Source of the DNA: Auanema rhodensis
Taxonomy: Eukaryota; Animalia; Nematoda
Length of the DNA: 64,000 nt
NCBI GenBank assembly: GCA_964057225.1
Contig: OZ059900.1
Location: 558,001 to 622,000 of the forward strand
Direction of reading: 5' to 3'
A model generated the notes under the pieces. It did not search any database, was not told the origin of the DNA, and saw nothing but the letters and a program-made list of their open reading frames with translations. The position numbers and the translations under genes are program-made. Below, one piece after another: positions 26,374 to 39,100 of this stretch (positions within the stretch are counted from its first letter, which is position 1; each line of letters opens with the position of its first letter).

Positions 26374-27414
26374 ATGAAGCCTTCAGTACATCGTGCCTCC
26401 ATCGTTCATCTTTTCGAACAGGGACTCAAGCCGATGGAAATTGTTAGAAGTCTCCAAATACCACGAAGCTCTGTTTACAGAGTTTTAAAACAGTTTAGAG
26501 ATCAAGGTCACATTGAGGTTAAATCAAAACCTGGAAGACCCAGAACAGTGAATACTCCGCGTACACGAAAAGCTATCAGATGCAGAATAGCTAGGAACGA
26601 TAGTGTAAGCCTGAATAAAATTGCTTCACAGATGGAATTATCTCGATCAACGGTTCAGCGGATCGTAAAAAACGATTTAGGTTTTCATTCTTATCGTATT
26701 CTAAGAGGACACAGGCTGACAGAACAAATGAAGAAAAATCGACTTGAAAAATGTAATGTTTTACTTCAGAATTTAGAGGGGGCTCGCATCGATGCCGTTT
26801 TATGGACAGACGAGAAGATTTTTACTGTGGAGCCCAAGCCCAATCGACAGAACAGCCGTCAATTGCTCCACACTGGAGAAAAGTACTCTGCTAAAAGGAG
26901 GATAGCAGAAAGAAGCCATTACCCACAGAGCATAATGGTGTGGGGAGGAATAACATCGACAGGGAAAACACCACTCGTCTTTGTCGAAAAAGGATGCAAG
27001 ATCAACGCAAAATACTATCAGGAGAAGATTCTACAAGAAGTGGTTTTACCGTGGACCCAAGAGCAACATTCAGACAGTAGCATCACCCTTCAGCAAGATT
27101 GGGCACCAGCCCATGGTGCAAAAAGCACAATTGAGCTCTGTTCGAGGATTTTACCAGGATTCTGGGGCAAAGATATCTGGCCCAGCAATTCGCCAGATCT
27201 GAACCCTATGGATTTTTCAGTATGGAGTGTGTTGGAACACAAATTATCAGCTAAGTCCTCCCAAAATTTGGAAACTCTCAAACGTGATTTGAAGAAAGCA
27301 TGGGACTCTCTAGACGAGGAATACCTGCGAGCCACGGTACACTCAGTGCGAACAAGACTCGAAGCCTGTAAGAAAGCAAAAGGAGGACATTTTGAGCAAT
27401 TTCTTGATAAATAG
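26374..27414 (+). CDS. DD37D (maT-type) transposase, 346 aa, intact and intronless
   Basis: ATG 26374 to TAG 27414 without interruption. N-terminal HTH (KPMEIVRSLQIPRSSVYRVLKQF), GRPR linker motif, second HTH (SLNKIASQMELSRSTVQRIVKNDL), catalytic motifs WTDEKIF, MVWGGI, QQDWAPAH, WPSNSPDLNPMDFSVW. Confidence 0.97.
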   Translation: MKPSVHRASIVHLFEQGLKPMEIVRSLQIPRSSVYRVLKQFRDQGHIEVKSKPGRPRTVNTPRTRKAIRCRIARNDSVSLNKIASQMELSRSTVQRIVKNDLGFHSYRILRGHRLTEQMKKNRLEKCNVLLQNLEGARIDAVLWTDEKIFTVEPKPNRQNSRQLLHTGEKYSAKRRIAERSHYPQSIMVWGGITSTGKTPLVFVEKGCKINAKYYQEKILQEVVLPWTQEQHSDSSITLQQDWAPAHGAKSTIELCSRILPGFWGKDIWPSNSPDLNPMDFSVWSVLEHKLSAKSSQNLETLKRDLKKAWDSLDEEYLRATVHSVRTRLEACKKAKGGHFEQFLDK

Positions 27415-27421
27415 TTGAACA

Positions 27422-27427
27422 AATGAA
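27422..27427 (+). terminator. Putative variant polyadenylation signal AATGAA
   Basis: Starts 8 nt after the stop codon and is followed by T-rich sequence. No canonical AATAAA is seen in the 3' region. Weak motif evidence. Confidence 0.3.
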
Positions 27428-27495
27428 CAATGTACATTACTAGTAAATTATTTAGGATTTGGTTATTTTTTGTTTCATTTATGACTTTTTGAATG

Positions 27496-27521
27496 TGTCT
27501 CAATACTTATGGGCCACCCTG
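27496..27521 (-). repeat. Right terminal inverted repeat (TGTCTCAATACTTATGGGCCACCCTG on +)
   Basis: 26/26 match to the left TIR in inverted orientation. Confidence 0.97.
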
Positions 27522-30500
27522 TATATGATCAGAAGCATAGTTTTATTGTCTATGACAACAAAAGTCATCAATTAAACGCTAGTGATATTTAAATACTGAT
27601 TTTCGCTCAAATAGCATTACTACACTAAGTATGGTCGTTTTTATGCCTTTAACACCATATACTCACCGATTTTTGGTACAAAATCTGTAATACTCGTAAA
27701 TTTTGATCATATTCGTTAAGATTCGAGAATCAAACACATAATACACAAAATAAGTCTATTTTTATGAGTTTGCACTGATATTTATTTATTTTGATCAAAA
27801 AAGGTCGAAAATAGAAAGAATTTTTGAATTTTCCGAGTTTTGAGTCGAATTGGGCTAAATCGCTCATATATATGATCAAAAGCATAGTTTTACTGTCTAT
27901 GACAACAAAAGTCTTCAAATATACACTAATAATGATTAAATCACTGAATTTCACTCAAATAGCATTACTACACTAAGTATGGTCGTTTTTATGCCTTTAA
28001 CACCATATACTCACCGATTTTTGGTACAAAATCTGTAATACTTGTAAATTTTGATCATATTCGTTAAGATTTGAGAATCAAACATACAATACACAAAATC
28101 AGTCTATTTTTATGAGCTTGCACTGATATATATTCATTTTGATCAAAAAAGGTCGAAAATAGAAAGAATTTTTGAAATTTCCGAGTTTTGAGTCTAATTT
28201 GGCTAAATCGCTCATATATATGATCAGAAGCATAGTTTTATTGTCTATGACAACAAAAGTCATCAATTAAACGCTAGTGATGTTTAAATACTGATTTTCG
28301 CTCAAATAGCATTACTACACTAAGTATGGTCGTTTTTATGCCTTTAACACCATATACTCACCGATTTTTGGTACAAAATCTGTAATACTCGTAAATTTTG
28401 ATCATATTCGTTAAGATTCGAAAATCAAACACACAATAAACAAAATCAGTCTATTTTTATGAGTTTGCACTGATATATATTCATTTTGATCAAAAAAGGT
28501 CGAAAATAGAAAGAATTTTTGAATTTTCCGAGTTTTGAGTCCAATTGGGCTAAATCGCTCATATATATGATCAAAAACATAGTTTTATTGTCTATAACAA
28601 CAAAAGTCATCAATTAAACGCTAGTGATGTTTAAATACTGATTTTCGCTCAAATAGCATTACTACACTAAGTATGGTCGTTTTTATGCCTCTAACACCAT
28701 ATACTCACCGATTTTTGGTACAAAATCTGTAATACTTGTAAATTTTGATCATATTCGTTAAGATTCGAGAATCAAACACATAATACACGAAATAAGTCTA
28801 TTTTTATGAGTTTGCACTGATATTTATTCATTTTGATCAAAAAAGGTCGAAAATAGAAAGAATTTTTGAAATTTCCGAGTTTTGAGTCCAATTGGGCTAA
28901 ATCGCTCATATATATGATCAAAAGCATAGTTTTATTGTCTATAACAACAAAAGTCATCAATTAAACGCTAGTGATGTTTAAATACTGATTTTCGCTCAAA
29001 TAGCATTACTACACTAAGTATGGTCGTTTTTATGCCTTTAACACCATATACTCACCGATTTTTGGTACAAAATCTGTAATACTTGTAAATTTTGATCATA
29101 TTCGTTAAGATTCGAGAATCAAACACATAATACACGAAATAAGTCTATTTTTATGAGTTTGCACTGATATTTATTTATTTTGATCAAAAAAGGTCGAAAA
29201 TAGAAAGAATTTTTGAATTTTCCGAGTTTTGAGTCCAATTGGGCTAAATCGCTCATATATATGATCAAAAGCATAGTTTTACTGTCTATAACAACAAAAG
29301 TCATCAATTAAACGCTAGTGATATTTAAATACTGATTTTCGCTCAAGTAGCATTACTACACTAAGTATGGTCGTTTTTATGCCTTTAACACCATATACTC
29401 ACCGATTTTTGGTACAAAATCTGTAATACTCGTAAATTTTGATCATATTCGTTAAGATTCGAGAATCAAACACATAATACACAAAATAAGTCTATTTTTA
29501 TGAGTTTGCACTGATATTTATTTATTTTGATCAAAAAAGGTCGAAAATAGAAAGAATTTTTGAAATTTCCGAGTTTTGAGTCTAATTTGGCTAAATCGCT
29601 CATATATATGATCAGAAGCATAGTTTTATTGTCTATGACAACAAAAATCATCAATTAAACGCTAGTGATGTTTAAATACTGATTTTCGCTCAAATAGCAT
29701 TACTACACTAAGTATGGTCGTTTTTATGCCTTTAACACCATATACTCACCGATTTTTGGTACAAAATCTGTAATACTCGTAAAATTTGATCATATTTGTT
29801 AAGATTTGAGAATCAAACACATAATACACGAAATAAGTCTATTTTTATGAGTTTGCACTGATATTTATTCATTTTGATCAAAAAAGGTCGAAAATAGAAA
29901 GAATTTTTGAAATTTCCGAGTTTTGAGTCCAATTGGGCTAAACCGCTCATATATATGATCAGAAGCATAGTTTTACTGTCTATGACAACAAAAGTCTTCA
30001 AATATACACTAATAATGATTAAATCACTGAATTTCACTCAAATAGCATTACTACACTAAGTATGGTCGTTTTTATGCCTTTAACACCATATACTCACCGA
30101 TTTTTGGTACAAAATCTGTAATACTTGTAAATTTTGATCATATCCGTTAAGATTTGAGAATCAAACATACAATACACAAAATCAGTCTATTTTTATGAGC
30201 TTGCACTGATATATATTTATTTTGATCAAAAAAGGTCGAAAATAGAAAGAATTTTTGAAATTTCCGAGTTTTGAGTCTAATTTGGCTAAATTGCTCATAT
30301 ATATGATCAGAAGCATAGTTTTATTGTCTATGACAACAAAAGTCATCAATTAAACGCTAGTGATATTTAAATACTGATTTTCGCTCAAATAGCATTACTA
30401 CACTAAGTATGGTCGTTTTTATGCCTTTAACACCATATACTCACCGATTTTTGGTACAAAATCTGTAATACTCGTAAATTTCGATCATATTCGTTAAGAT

Positions 30501-33500
30501 TCGAGAATCAAACACATAATACACGAAATAAGTCTATTTTTATGAGTTTGCACTGATATTTATTCATTTTGATCAAAAAAGGTCGAAAATAGAAAGAATT
30601 TTTGAAATTTCCGAGTTTTGAGTCCAATTGGGCTAAATCGCTCATATATATGATCAAAAACATAGTTTTATTGTCTATAACAACAAAAGTCATCAATTAA
30701 ACGCTAGTGATGTTTAAATACTGATTTTCGCTCAAATAGCATTACTACACTAAGTATGGTCGTTTTTATGCCTTTAACACCATATACTCACCGATTTTTG
30801 GTACAAAATCTGTAATACTTGTAAATTTTGATCATATTCGTTAAGATTCGAGAATCAAACACATAATACACGAAATAAGTCTATTTTTATGAGTTTGCAC
30901 TGATATTTATTCATTTTGATCAAAAAAGGTCGAAAATAGAAAGAATTTTTGAATTTTCCGAGTTTTGAGTCCAATTGGGCTAAATCGCTCATATATATGA
31001 TCAAAAGCATAGTTTTACTGTCTATAACAACAAAAGTCATCAATTAAACGCTAGTGAGATTTAAATACTGATTTTCGCTCAAGTAGCATTACTACACTAA
31101 GTATGGTCGTTTTTATGCCTTTAACACCATATACTCACCGATTTTTGGTACAAAATCTGTAATACTCGTAAATTTTGATCATATTCGTTAAGATTCGAGA
31201 ATCAAACACATAATACACAAAATAAGTCTATTTTTATGAGTTTGCACTGATATTTATTTATTTTGATCAAAAAAGGTCGAAAATAGAAAGAATTTTTGAA
31301 ATTTCCGAGTTTTGAGTCTAATTTGGCTAAATCGCTCATATATATGATCAGAAGCATAGTTTTATTGTCTATGACAACAAAAATCATCAATTAAACGCTA
31401 GTGATGTTTAAATACTGATTTTCGCTCAAATAGCATTACTACACTAAGTATGGTCGTTTTTATGCCTTTAACACCATATACTCACCGATTTTTGGTACAA
31501 AATCTGTAATACTCGTAAAATTTGATCATATTTGTTAAGATTTGAGAATCAAACACATAATACACGAAATAAGTCTATTTTTATGAGTTTGCACTGATAT
31601 TTATTCATTTTGATCAAAAAAGGTCGAAAATAGAAAGAATTTTTGAAATTTCCGAGTTTTGAGTCCAATTGGGCTAAACCGCTCATATATATGATCAGAA
31701 GCATAGTTTTACTGTCTATGACAACAAAAGTCTTCAAATATACACTAATAATGATTAAATCACTGAATTTCACTCAAATAGCATTACTACACTAAGTATG
31801 GTCGTTTTTATGCCTTTAACACCATATACTCACCGATTTTTGGTACAAAATCTGTAATACTTGTAAATTTTGATCATATCCGTTAAGATTTGAGAATCAA
31901 ACATACAATACACAAAATCAGTCTATTTTTATGAGCTTGCACTGATATATATTTATTTTGATCAAAAAAGGTCGAAAATAGAAAGAATTTTTGAAATTTC
32001 CGAGTTTTGAGTCTAATTTGGCTAAATTGCTCATATATATGATCAGAAGCATAGTTTTATTGTCTATGACAACAAAAGTCATCAATTAAACGCTAGTGAT
32101 ATTTAAATACTGATTTTCGCTCAAATAGCATTACTACACTAAGTATGGTCGTTTTTATGCCTTTAACACCATATACTCACCGATTTTTGGTACAAAATCT
32201 GTAATACTCGTAAATTTCGATCATATTCGTTAAGATTCGAGAATCAAACACATAATACACGAAATAAGTCTATTTTTATGAGTTTGCACTGATATTTATT
32301 CATTTTGATCAAAAAAGGTCGAAAATAGAAAGAATTTTTGAAATTTCCGAGTTTTGAGTCCAATTGGGCTAAATCGCTCATATATATGATCAAAAACATA
32401 GTTTTATTGTCTATAACAACAAAAGTCATCAATTAAACGCTAGTGATGTTTAAATACTGATTTTCGCTCAAATAGCATTACTACACTAAGTATGGTCGTT
32501 TTTATGCCTTTAACACCATATACTCACCGATTTTTGGTACAAAATCTGTAATACTTGTAAATTTTGATCATATTCGTTAAGATTCGAGAATCAAACACAT
32601 AATACACGAAATAAGTCTATTTTTATGAGTTTGCACTGATATTTATTTATTTTGATCAAAAAAGGTCGAAAATAGAAAGAATTTTTGAATTTTCCGAGTT
32701 TTGAGTCCAATTGGGCTAAATCGCTCATATATATGATCAAAAGCATAGTTTTACTGTCTATAACAACAAAAGTCATCAATTAAACGCTAGTGATATTTAA
32801 ATACTGATTTTCGCTCAAGTAGCATTACTACACTAAGTATGGTCGTTTTTATGCCTTTAACACCATATACTCACCGATTTTTGGTACAAAATCTGTAATA
32901 CTCGTAAATTTTGATCATATTCGTTAAGATTCGAGAATCAAACACATAATACACAAAATAAGTCTATTTTTATGAGTTTGCACTGATATTTATTTATTTT
33001 GATCAAAAAAGGTCGAAAATAGAAAGAATTTTTGAAATTTCCGAGTTTTGAGTCTAATTTGGCTAAATCGCTCATATATATGATCAGAAGCATAGTTTTA
33101 TTGTCTATGACAACAAAAATCATCAATTAAACGCTAGTGATGTTTAAATACTGATTTTCGCTCAAATAGCATTACTACACTAAGTATGGTCGTTTTTATG
33201 CCTTTAACACCATATACTCACCGATTTTTGGTACAAAATCTGTAATACTCGTAAATTTCGATCATATTCGTTAAGATTCGAGAATCAAACACATAATACA
33301 CGAAATAAGTCTATTTTTATGAGTTTGCACTGATATTTATTCATTTTGATCAAAAAAGGTCGAAAATAGAAAGAATTTTTGAAATTTCCGAGTTTTGAGT
33401 CCAATTGGGCTAAATCGCTCATATATATGATCAGAAGCATAGTTTTATTGTCTATAACAACAAAAGTCATCAATTAAACGCTAGTGATGTTTAAATACTG

Positions 33501-36189
33501 ATTTTCGCTCAAATAGCATTACTACACTAAGTATGGTCGTTTTTATGCCTTTAACACCATATACTCACCGATTTTTGGTACAAAATCTGTAATACTTGTA
33601 AATTTTGATCATATTCGTTAAGATTCGAGAATCAAACACATAATACACAGAATAAGTCTATTTTTATGAGTTTGCACTGATATTTATTTATTTTGATCAA
33701 AAAAGGTCGAAAATAGAAAGAATTTTTGAAATTTCCGAGTTTTGAGCCCAATTGGGCTAAACCGCTAATATATATGATCAGAAGCATAGTTTTATTGTCT
33801 ATGATAACAAAAGTCTTCAAATATACACTAATAATGTTTAAATCACTGAATTTCACTCAAATAGCATTACTACACTAAGTATGGTCGTTTTTATGCCTCT
33901 AACACCATATACTCACCGATTTTTGGTACAAAATCTGTAATACTTGTAAATTTTGATCATATTCGTTAAGATTTGAGAATCAAACACATAATACACGAAA
34001 TAAGTCTATTTTTATGAGTTTGCACTGATATTTATTCATTTTGATCAAAAAAGGTCGAAAATAGAAAGAATTTTTGAATTTTCCGAGTTTTGAGTCTAAT
34101 TTGGCTAAATCGCTCATATATATGATCAAAAGCATAGTTTTATTGTCTATAACAACAAAAGTCATCAATTAAACGCTAGTGATGTTTAAATCACTGAATT
34201 TCACTCAAATAGCATTACTACACTAAGTATGGTCGTTTTTATGCCTCTAACACCATATACTCACCGATTTTTGGTACAAAATCTGTAATACTTGTAAATT
34301 TTGATCATATTCGTTAAGATCCGAGAATCAAACACATAATACACGAAATAAGTCTATTTTTATGAGTTTGCACTGATATTTATTCATTTTGATCAAAAAA
34401 GGTCGAAAATAGAAAGAATTTTTGAAATTTCCGAGTTTTGAGTCCAATTGGGCTAAATCGCTCATATATATGATCAAAAGCATAGTTTTACTGTCTATAA
34501 CAACAAAAGTCATCAATTAAACGCTAGTGATATTTAAATACTGATTTTCGCTCAAGTAGCATTACTACACTAAGTATGGTCGTTTTTATGCCTTTAACAC
34601 CATATACTCACCGATTTTTGGTACAAAATCTGTAATACTTGTAAATTTTGATCATATTCGTTAAGATTCGAGAATCAAACACATAATACACGAAATAAGT
34701 CTATTTTTATGAGTTTGCACTGATATTTGTTTATTTTGATCAAAAAAGGTCGAAAATAGAAAGAATTTTTGAATTTTCCGAGTTTTGAGTCCAATTGGGC
34801 TAAATCGCTCATATATATGATCAAAAGCATAGTTTTACTGTCTATAACAACAAAAGTCATCAATTAAACGCTAGTGATATTTAAATACTGATTTTCGCTC
34901 AAGTAGCATTACTACACTAAGTATGATCGTTTTTATGCCTTTAACACCATATACTCACCGATTTTTGGTACAAAATCTGTAATACTTGTAAATTTTGATC
35001 ATATTCGTTAAGATTTGAGAATCAAACACACAATACACAAAATCAGTCTATTTTTATGAGTTTACACTGATATATATTCATTTTGATCAAAAAAGGTCGA
35101 AAATAGAAAGAATTTTTGAAATTTCCGAGTTTTGAGTCTAATTTGGCTAAATCGCTCATATATATGATCAGAAGCATAGTTTTATTGTCTATGACAACAA
35201 AAATCATCAATTAAACGCTAGTGATATTTAAATACTGATTTTCGCTCAAGTAGCATTACTACACTAAGTATGGTCGTTTTTATGCCTTTAACACCATATA
35301 CTCACCGATTTTTGGTACAAAATCTGTAATACTTGTAAATTTTGATCATATTTGTTAAGATTCGAGAATCAAACACATAATACACAGAATAAGTCTATTT
35401 TTATGAGTTTGCACTGATATTTATTTATTTTGATCAAAAAAGGTCGAAAATAGAAAGAATTTTTGAAATTTCCGAGTTTTGAGCCCAATTGGGCTAAACC
35501 GCTCATATATATGATCAGAAGCATAGTTTTATTGTCAATGATAACAAAAGTCTTCAAATATACACTAATAATGTTTAAATCACTGAATTTCACTCAAATA
35601 GCATTACTACACTAAGTATGGTCGTTTTTATGCCTCTAACACCATATACTCACCGATTTTTGGTACAAAATCTGTAATACTTGTAAATTTTGATCATATT
35701 CGTTAAGATTTGAGAATCAAACACATAATACACGAAATAAGTCTATTTTTATGAGTTTGCACTGATATTTATTCATTTTGATCAAAAAAGGTCGAAAATA
35801 GAAAGAATTTTTGAATTTTCCGAGTTTTGAGTCCAATTGGGCTAAATCGCTCATATATATGATCAAAAACATAGTTTTATTGTCTATAACAACAAAAGTC
35901 ATCAATTAAACGCTAGTGATGTTTAAATACTGATTTTCGCTCAAATAGCATTACTACACTAAGTATGGTCGTTTTTATGCCTTTAACACCATATACTCAC
36001 CGATTTTTGGTACAAAATCTGTAATACTTGTAAATTTTGATCATATTCGTTAAGATTCGAGAATCAAACACATAATACACAAAATAAGTCTATTTTTATG
36101 AGTTTGCACTGATATTTGTTTATTTTGATCAAAAAAGGTCGAAAATAGAAAGAATTTTTGAATTTTCCGAGTTTTGAGTCCAATTGGGC

Positions 36190-39100
36190 TAAATCGCTCA
36201 TATATATGATCAAAAGCATAGTTTTACTGTCTATGACAACAAAAGTCTTCAAATATACACTAATAATGATTAAATCACTGAATTTCACTCAAATAGCATT
36301 ACTACACTAAGTATGGTCGTTTTTATGCCTTTAACACCATATACTCACCGATTTTTGGTACAAAATCTGTAATACTCGTAAATTTTGATCATATTCGTTA
36401 AGATTTGAGAATCAAACATACAATACACAAAATCAGTCTATTTTTATGAGCTTGCACTGATATATATTCATTTTGATCAAAAAAGGTCGAAAATAGAAAG
36501 AATTTTTGAAATTTCCGAGTTTTGAGTCTAATTTGGCTAAATCGCTCATATATATGATCAGAAGCATAGTTTTATTGTCTATGACAACAAAAGTCATCAA
36601 TTAAACGCTAGTGATGTTTAAATACTGATTTTCGCTCAAATAGCATTACTACACTAAGTATGGTCGTTTTTATGCCTTTAACACCATATACTCACCGATT
36701 TTTGGTACAAAATCTGTAATACTCGTAAATTTTGATCATATTCGTTAAGATTCGAAAATCAAACACACAATAAACAAAATCAGTCTATTTTTATGACTTT
36801 GCACTGATATTTATTTATTTTGATCAAAAAAGGTCGAAAATAGAAAGAATTTTTGAAATTTCCGAGTTTTGAGTCTAATTTGGCTAAATCGCTCATATAT
36901 ATGATCAGAAGCATAGTTTTATTGTCTATGACAACAAAAATCATCAATTAAACGCTAGTGATGTTTAAATACTGATTTTCGCTCAAATAGCATTACTACA
37001 CTAAGTATGGTCGTTTTTATGCCTTTAACACCATATACTCACCGATTTTTGGTACAAAATCTGTAATACTCGTAAAATTTGATCATATTTGTTAAGATTT
37101 GAGAATCAAACACATAATACACGAAATAAGTCTATTTTTATGAGTTTGCACTGATATTTATTCATTTTGATCAAAAAAGGTCGAAAATAGAAAGAATTTT
37201 TGAAATTTCCGAGTTTTGAGTCCAATTGGGCTAAACCGCTCATATATATGATCAGAAGCATAGTTTTACTGTCTATGACAACAAAAGTCTTCAAATATAC
37301 ACTAATAATGATTAAATCACTGAATTTCACTCAAATAGCATTACTACACTAAGTATGGTCGTTTTTATGCCTTTAACACCATATACTCACCGATTTTTGG
37401 TACAAAATCTGTAATACTTGTAAATTTTGATCATATCCGTTAAGATTTGAGAATCAAACATACAATACACAAAATCAGTCTATTTTTATGAGCTTGCACT
37501 GATATATATTCATTTTGATCAAAAAAGGTCGAAAATAGAAAGAATTTTTGAAATTTCCGAGTTTTGAGTCTAATTTGGCTAAATCGCTCATATATATGAT
37601 CAGAAGCATAGTTTTATTGTCTATGACAACAAAAGTCATCAATTAAACGCTAGTGATGTTTAAATACTGATTTTCGCTCAAATAGCATTACTACACTAAG
37701 TATGGTCGTTTTTATGCCTTTAACACCATATACTCACCGATTTTTGGTACAAAATCTGTAATACTCGTAAATTTCGATCATATTCGTTAAGATTCGAAAA
37801 TCAAACACACAATAAACAAAATCAGTCTATTTTTATGAGTTTGCACTGATATATATTCATTTTGATCAAAAAAGGTCGAAAATAGAAAGAATTTTTGAAT
37901 TTTCCGAGTTTTGAGTCCAATTGGGCTAAATCGCTCATATATATGATCAAAAACATAGTTTTATTGTCTATAACAACAAAAGTCATCAATTAAACGCTAG
38001 TGATGTTTAAATACTGATTTTCGCTCAAATAGCATTACTACACTAAGTATGGTCGTTTTTATGCCTTTAACACCATATATTCACCGATTTTTGGTACAAA
38101 ATCTGTGATACTCGTAAATTTTGATCATATTCGTTAAGATTCGAGAATCAAACACACAATACACGAAATAAGTTTATTTTTACGAGTTTGCACTGATATT
38201 TATTCATTTTGATCAAAAAAGGTCGAAAATAGAAAGAATTTTTGAATTTTCCGAGTTTTGAGTCTAATTTGGCTAAATCGCTCATATATATGATCAAAAG
38301 CATAGTTTTATTGTCTATGATAACAAAAATCTTCAAATATACACTAATAATGTTTAAATCACTGAATTTCACTCAAATAGCATTACTACACTAAGTATGG
38401 TCGTTTTTATGCCTCTAACACCATATACTCACCGATTTTTGGTACAAAATCTGTAATACTTGTAAATTTTGATCATATTCGTTAAGATTCGAGAATCAAA
38501 CACATAATACACGAAATAAGTCTATTTTTATGAGTTTGCACTGATATTTATTCATTTTGATCAAAAAAGGTCGAAAATAGAAAGAATTTTTGAAATTTCC
38601 GAGTTTTGAGTCCAATTGGGCTAAATCGCTCATATATATGATCAAAAGCATAGTTTTACTGTCTATAACAACAAAAGTCATCAATTAAACGCTAGTGATA
38701 TTTAAATACTGATTTTCGCTCAAGTAGCATTACTACACTAAGTATGGTCGTTTTTATGCCTTTAACACCATATACTCACCGATTTTTGGTACAAAATCTG
38801 TAATACTTGTAAATTTTGATCATATTTGTTAAGATTCGAGAATCAAACACATAATACACAAAATAAGTCTATTTTTACAAGTTTGCACTGATATTTATTC
38901 ATTTTGATCAAAAAAGGTCGAAAATAGAAAGAATTTTTGAAATTTCCGAGTTTTGAGTCCAATTTGGCTAAATCGCTCATATATATGATCAAAAGCATAG
39001 TTTTATTGTCTATAACAACAAAAGTCATCAATTAAACGCTAGTGATGTTTAAATACTGAATTTCGCTCAAATAGCATTACTACACTAAGTATGGTCGTTT

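Larger units (their letters stand above)
26219..27521 (+). mobile_element. Full-length Tc1/mariner-superfamily DNA transposon, DD37D (maT) family, 1303 bp
   Basis: 26-bp perfect TIRs, TA on both flanks (26217-26218, 27522-27523) and a single transposase ORF with a D146/D242/D280 triad (37 residues between the 2nd and 3rd D). Removing the element and one TA restores the satellite consensus CTCATATATATGATC. Confidence 0.97.
18400..33500. repeat. Irregular short-period higher-order repeats (mainly 5-mer 1736 bp and 6-mer 2083 bp)
   Basis: Offsets of 1736 (18440/20176, 29813/31549, 30508/32244, 31202/32938) and 2083 (20870/22953, 21217/23300, 22258/24341). Confidence 0.8.

Noticed and set aside
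26981-27503. ORFs 26981..27202 (+) and 27090..27503 (-)
   Set aside because: Alternative-frame and antisense shadows of the transposase with no recognisable motifs.
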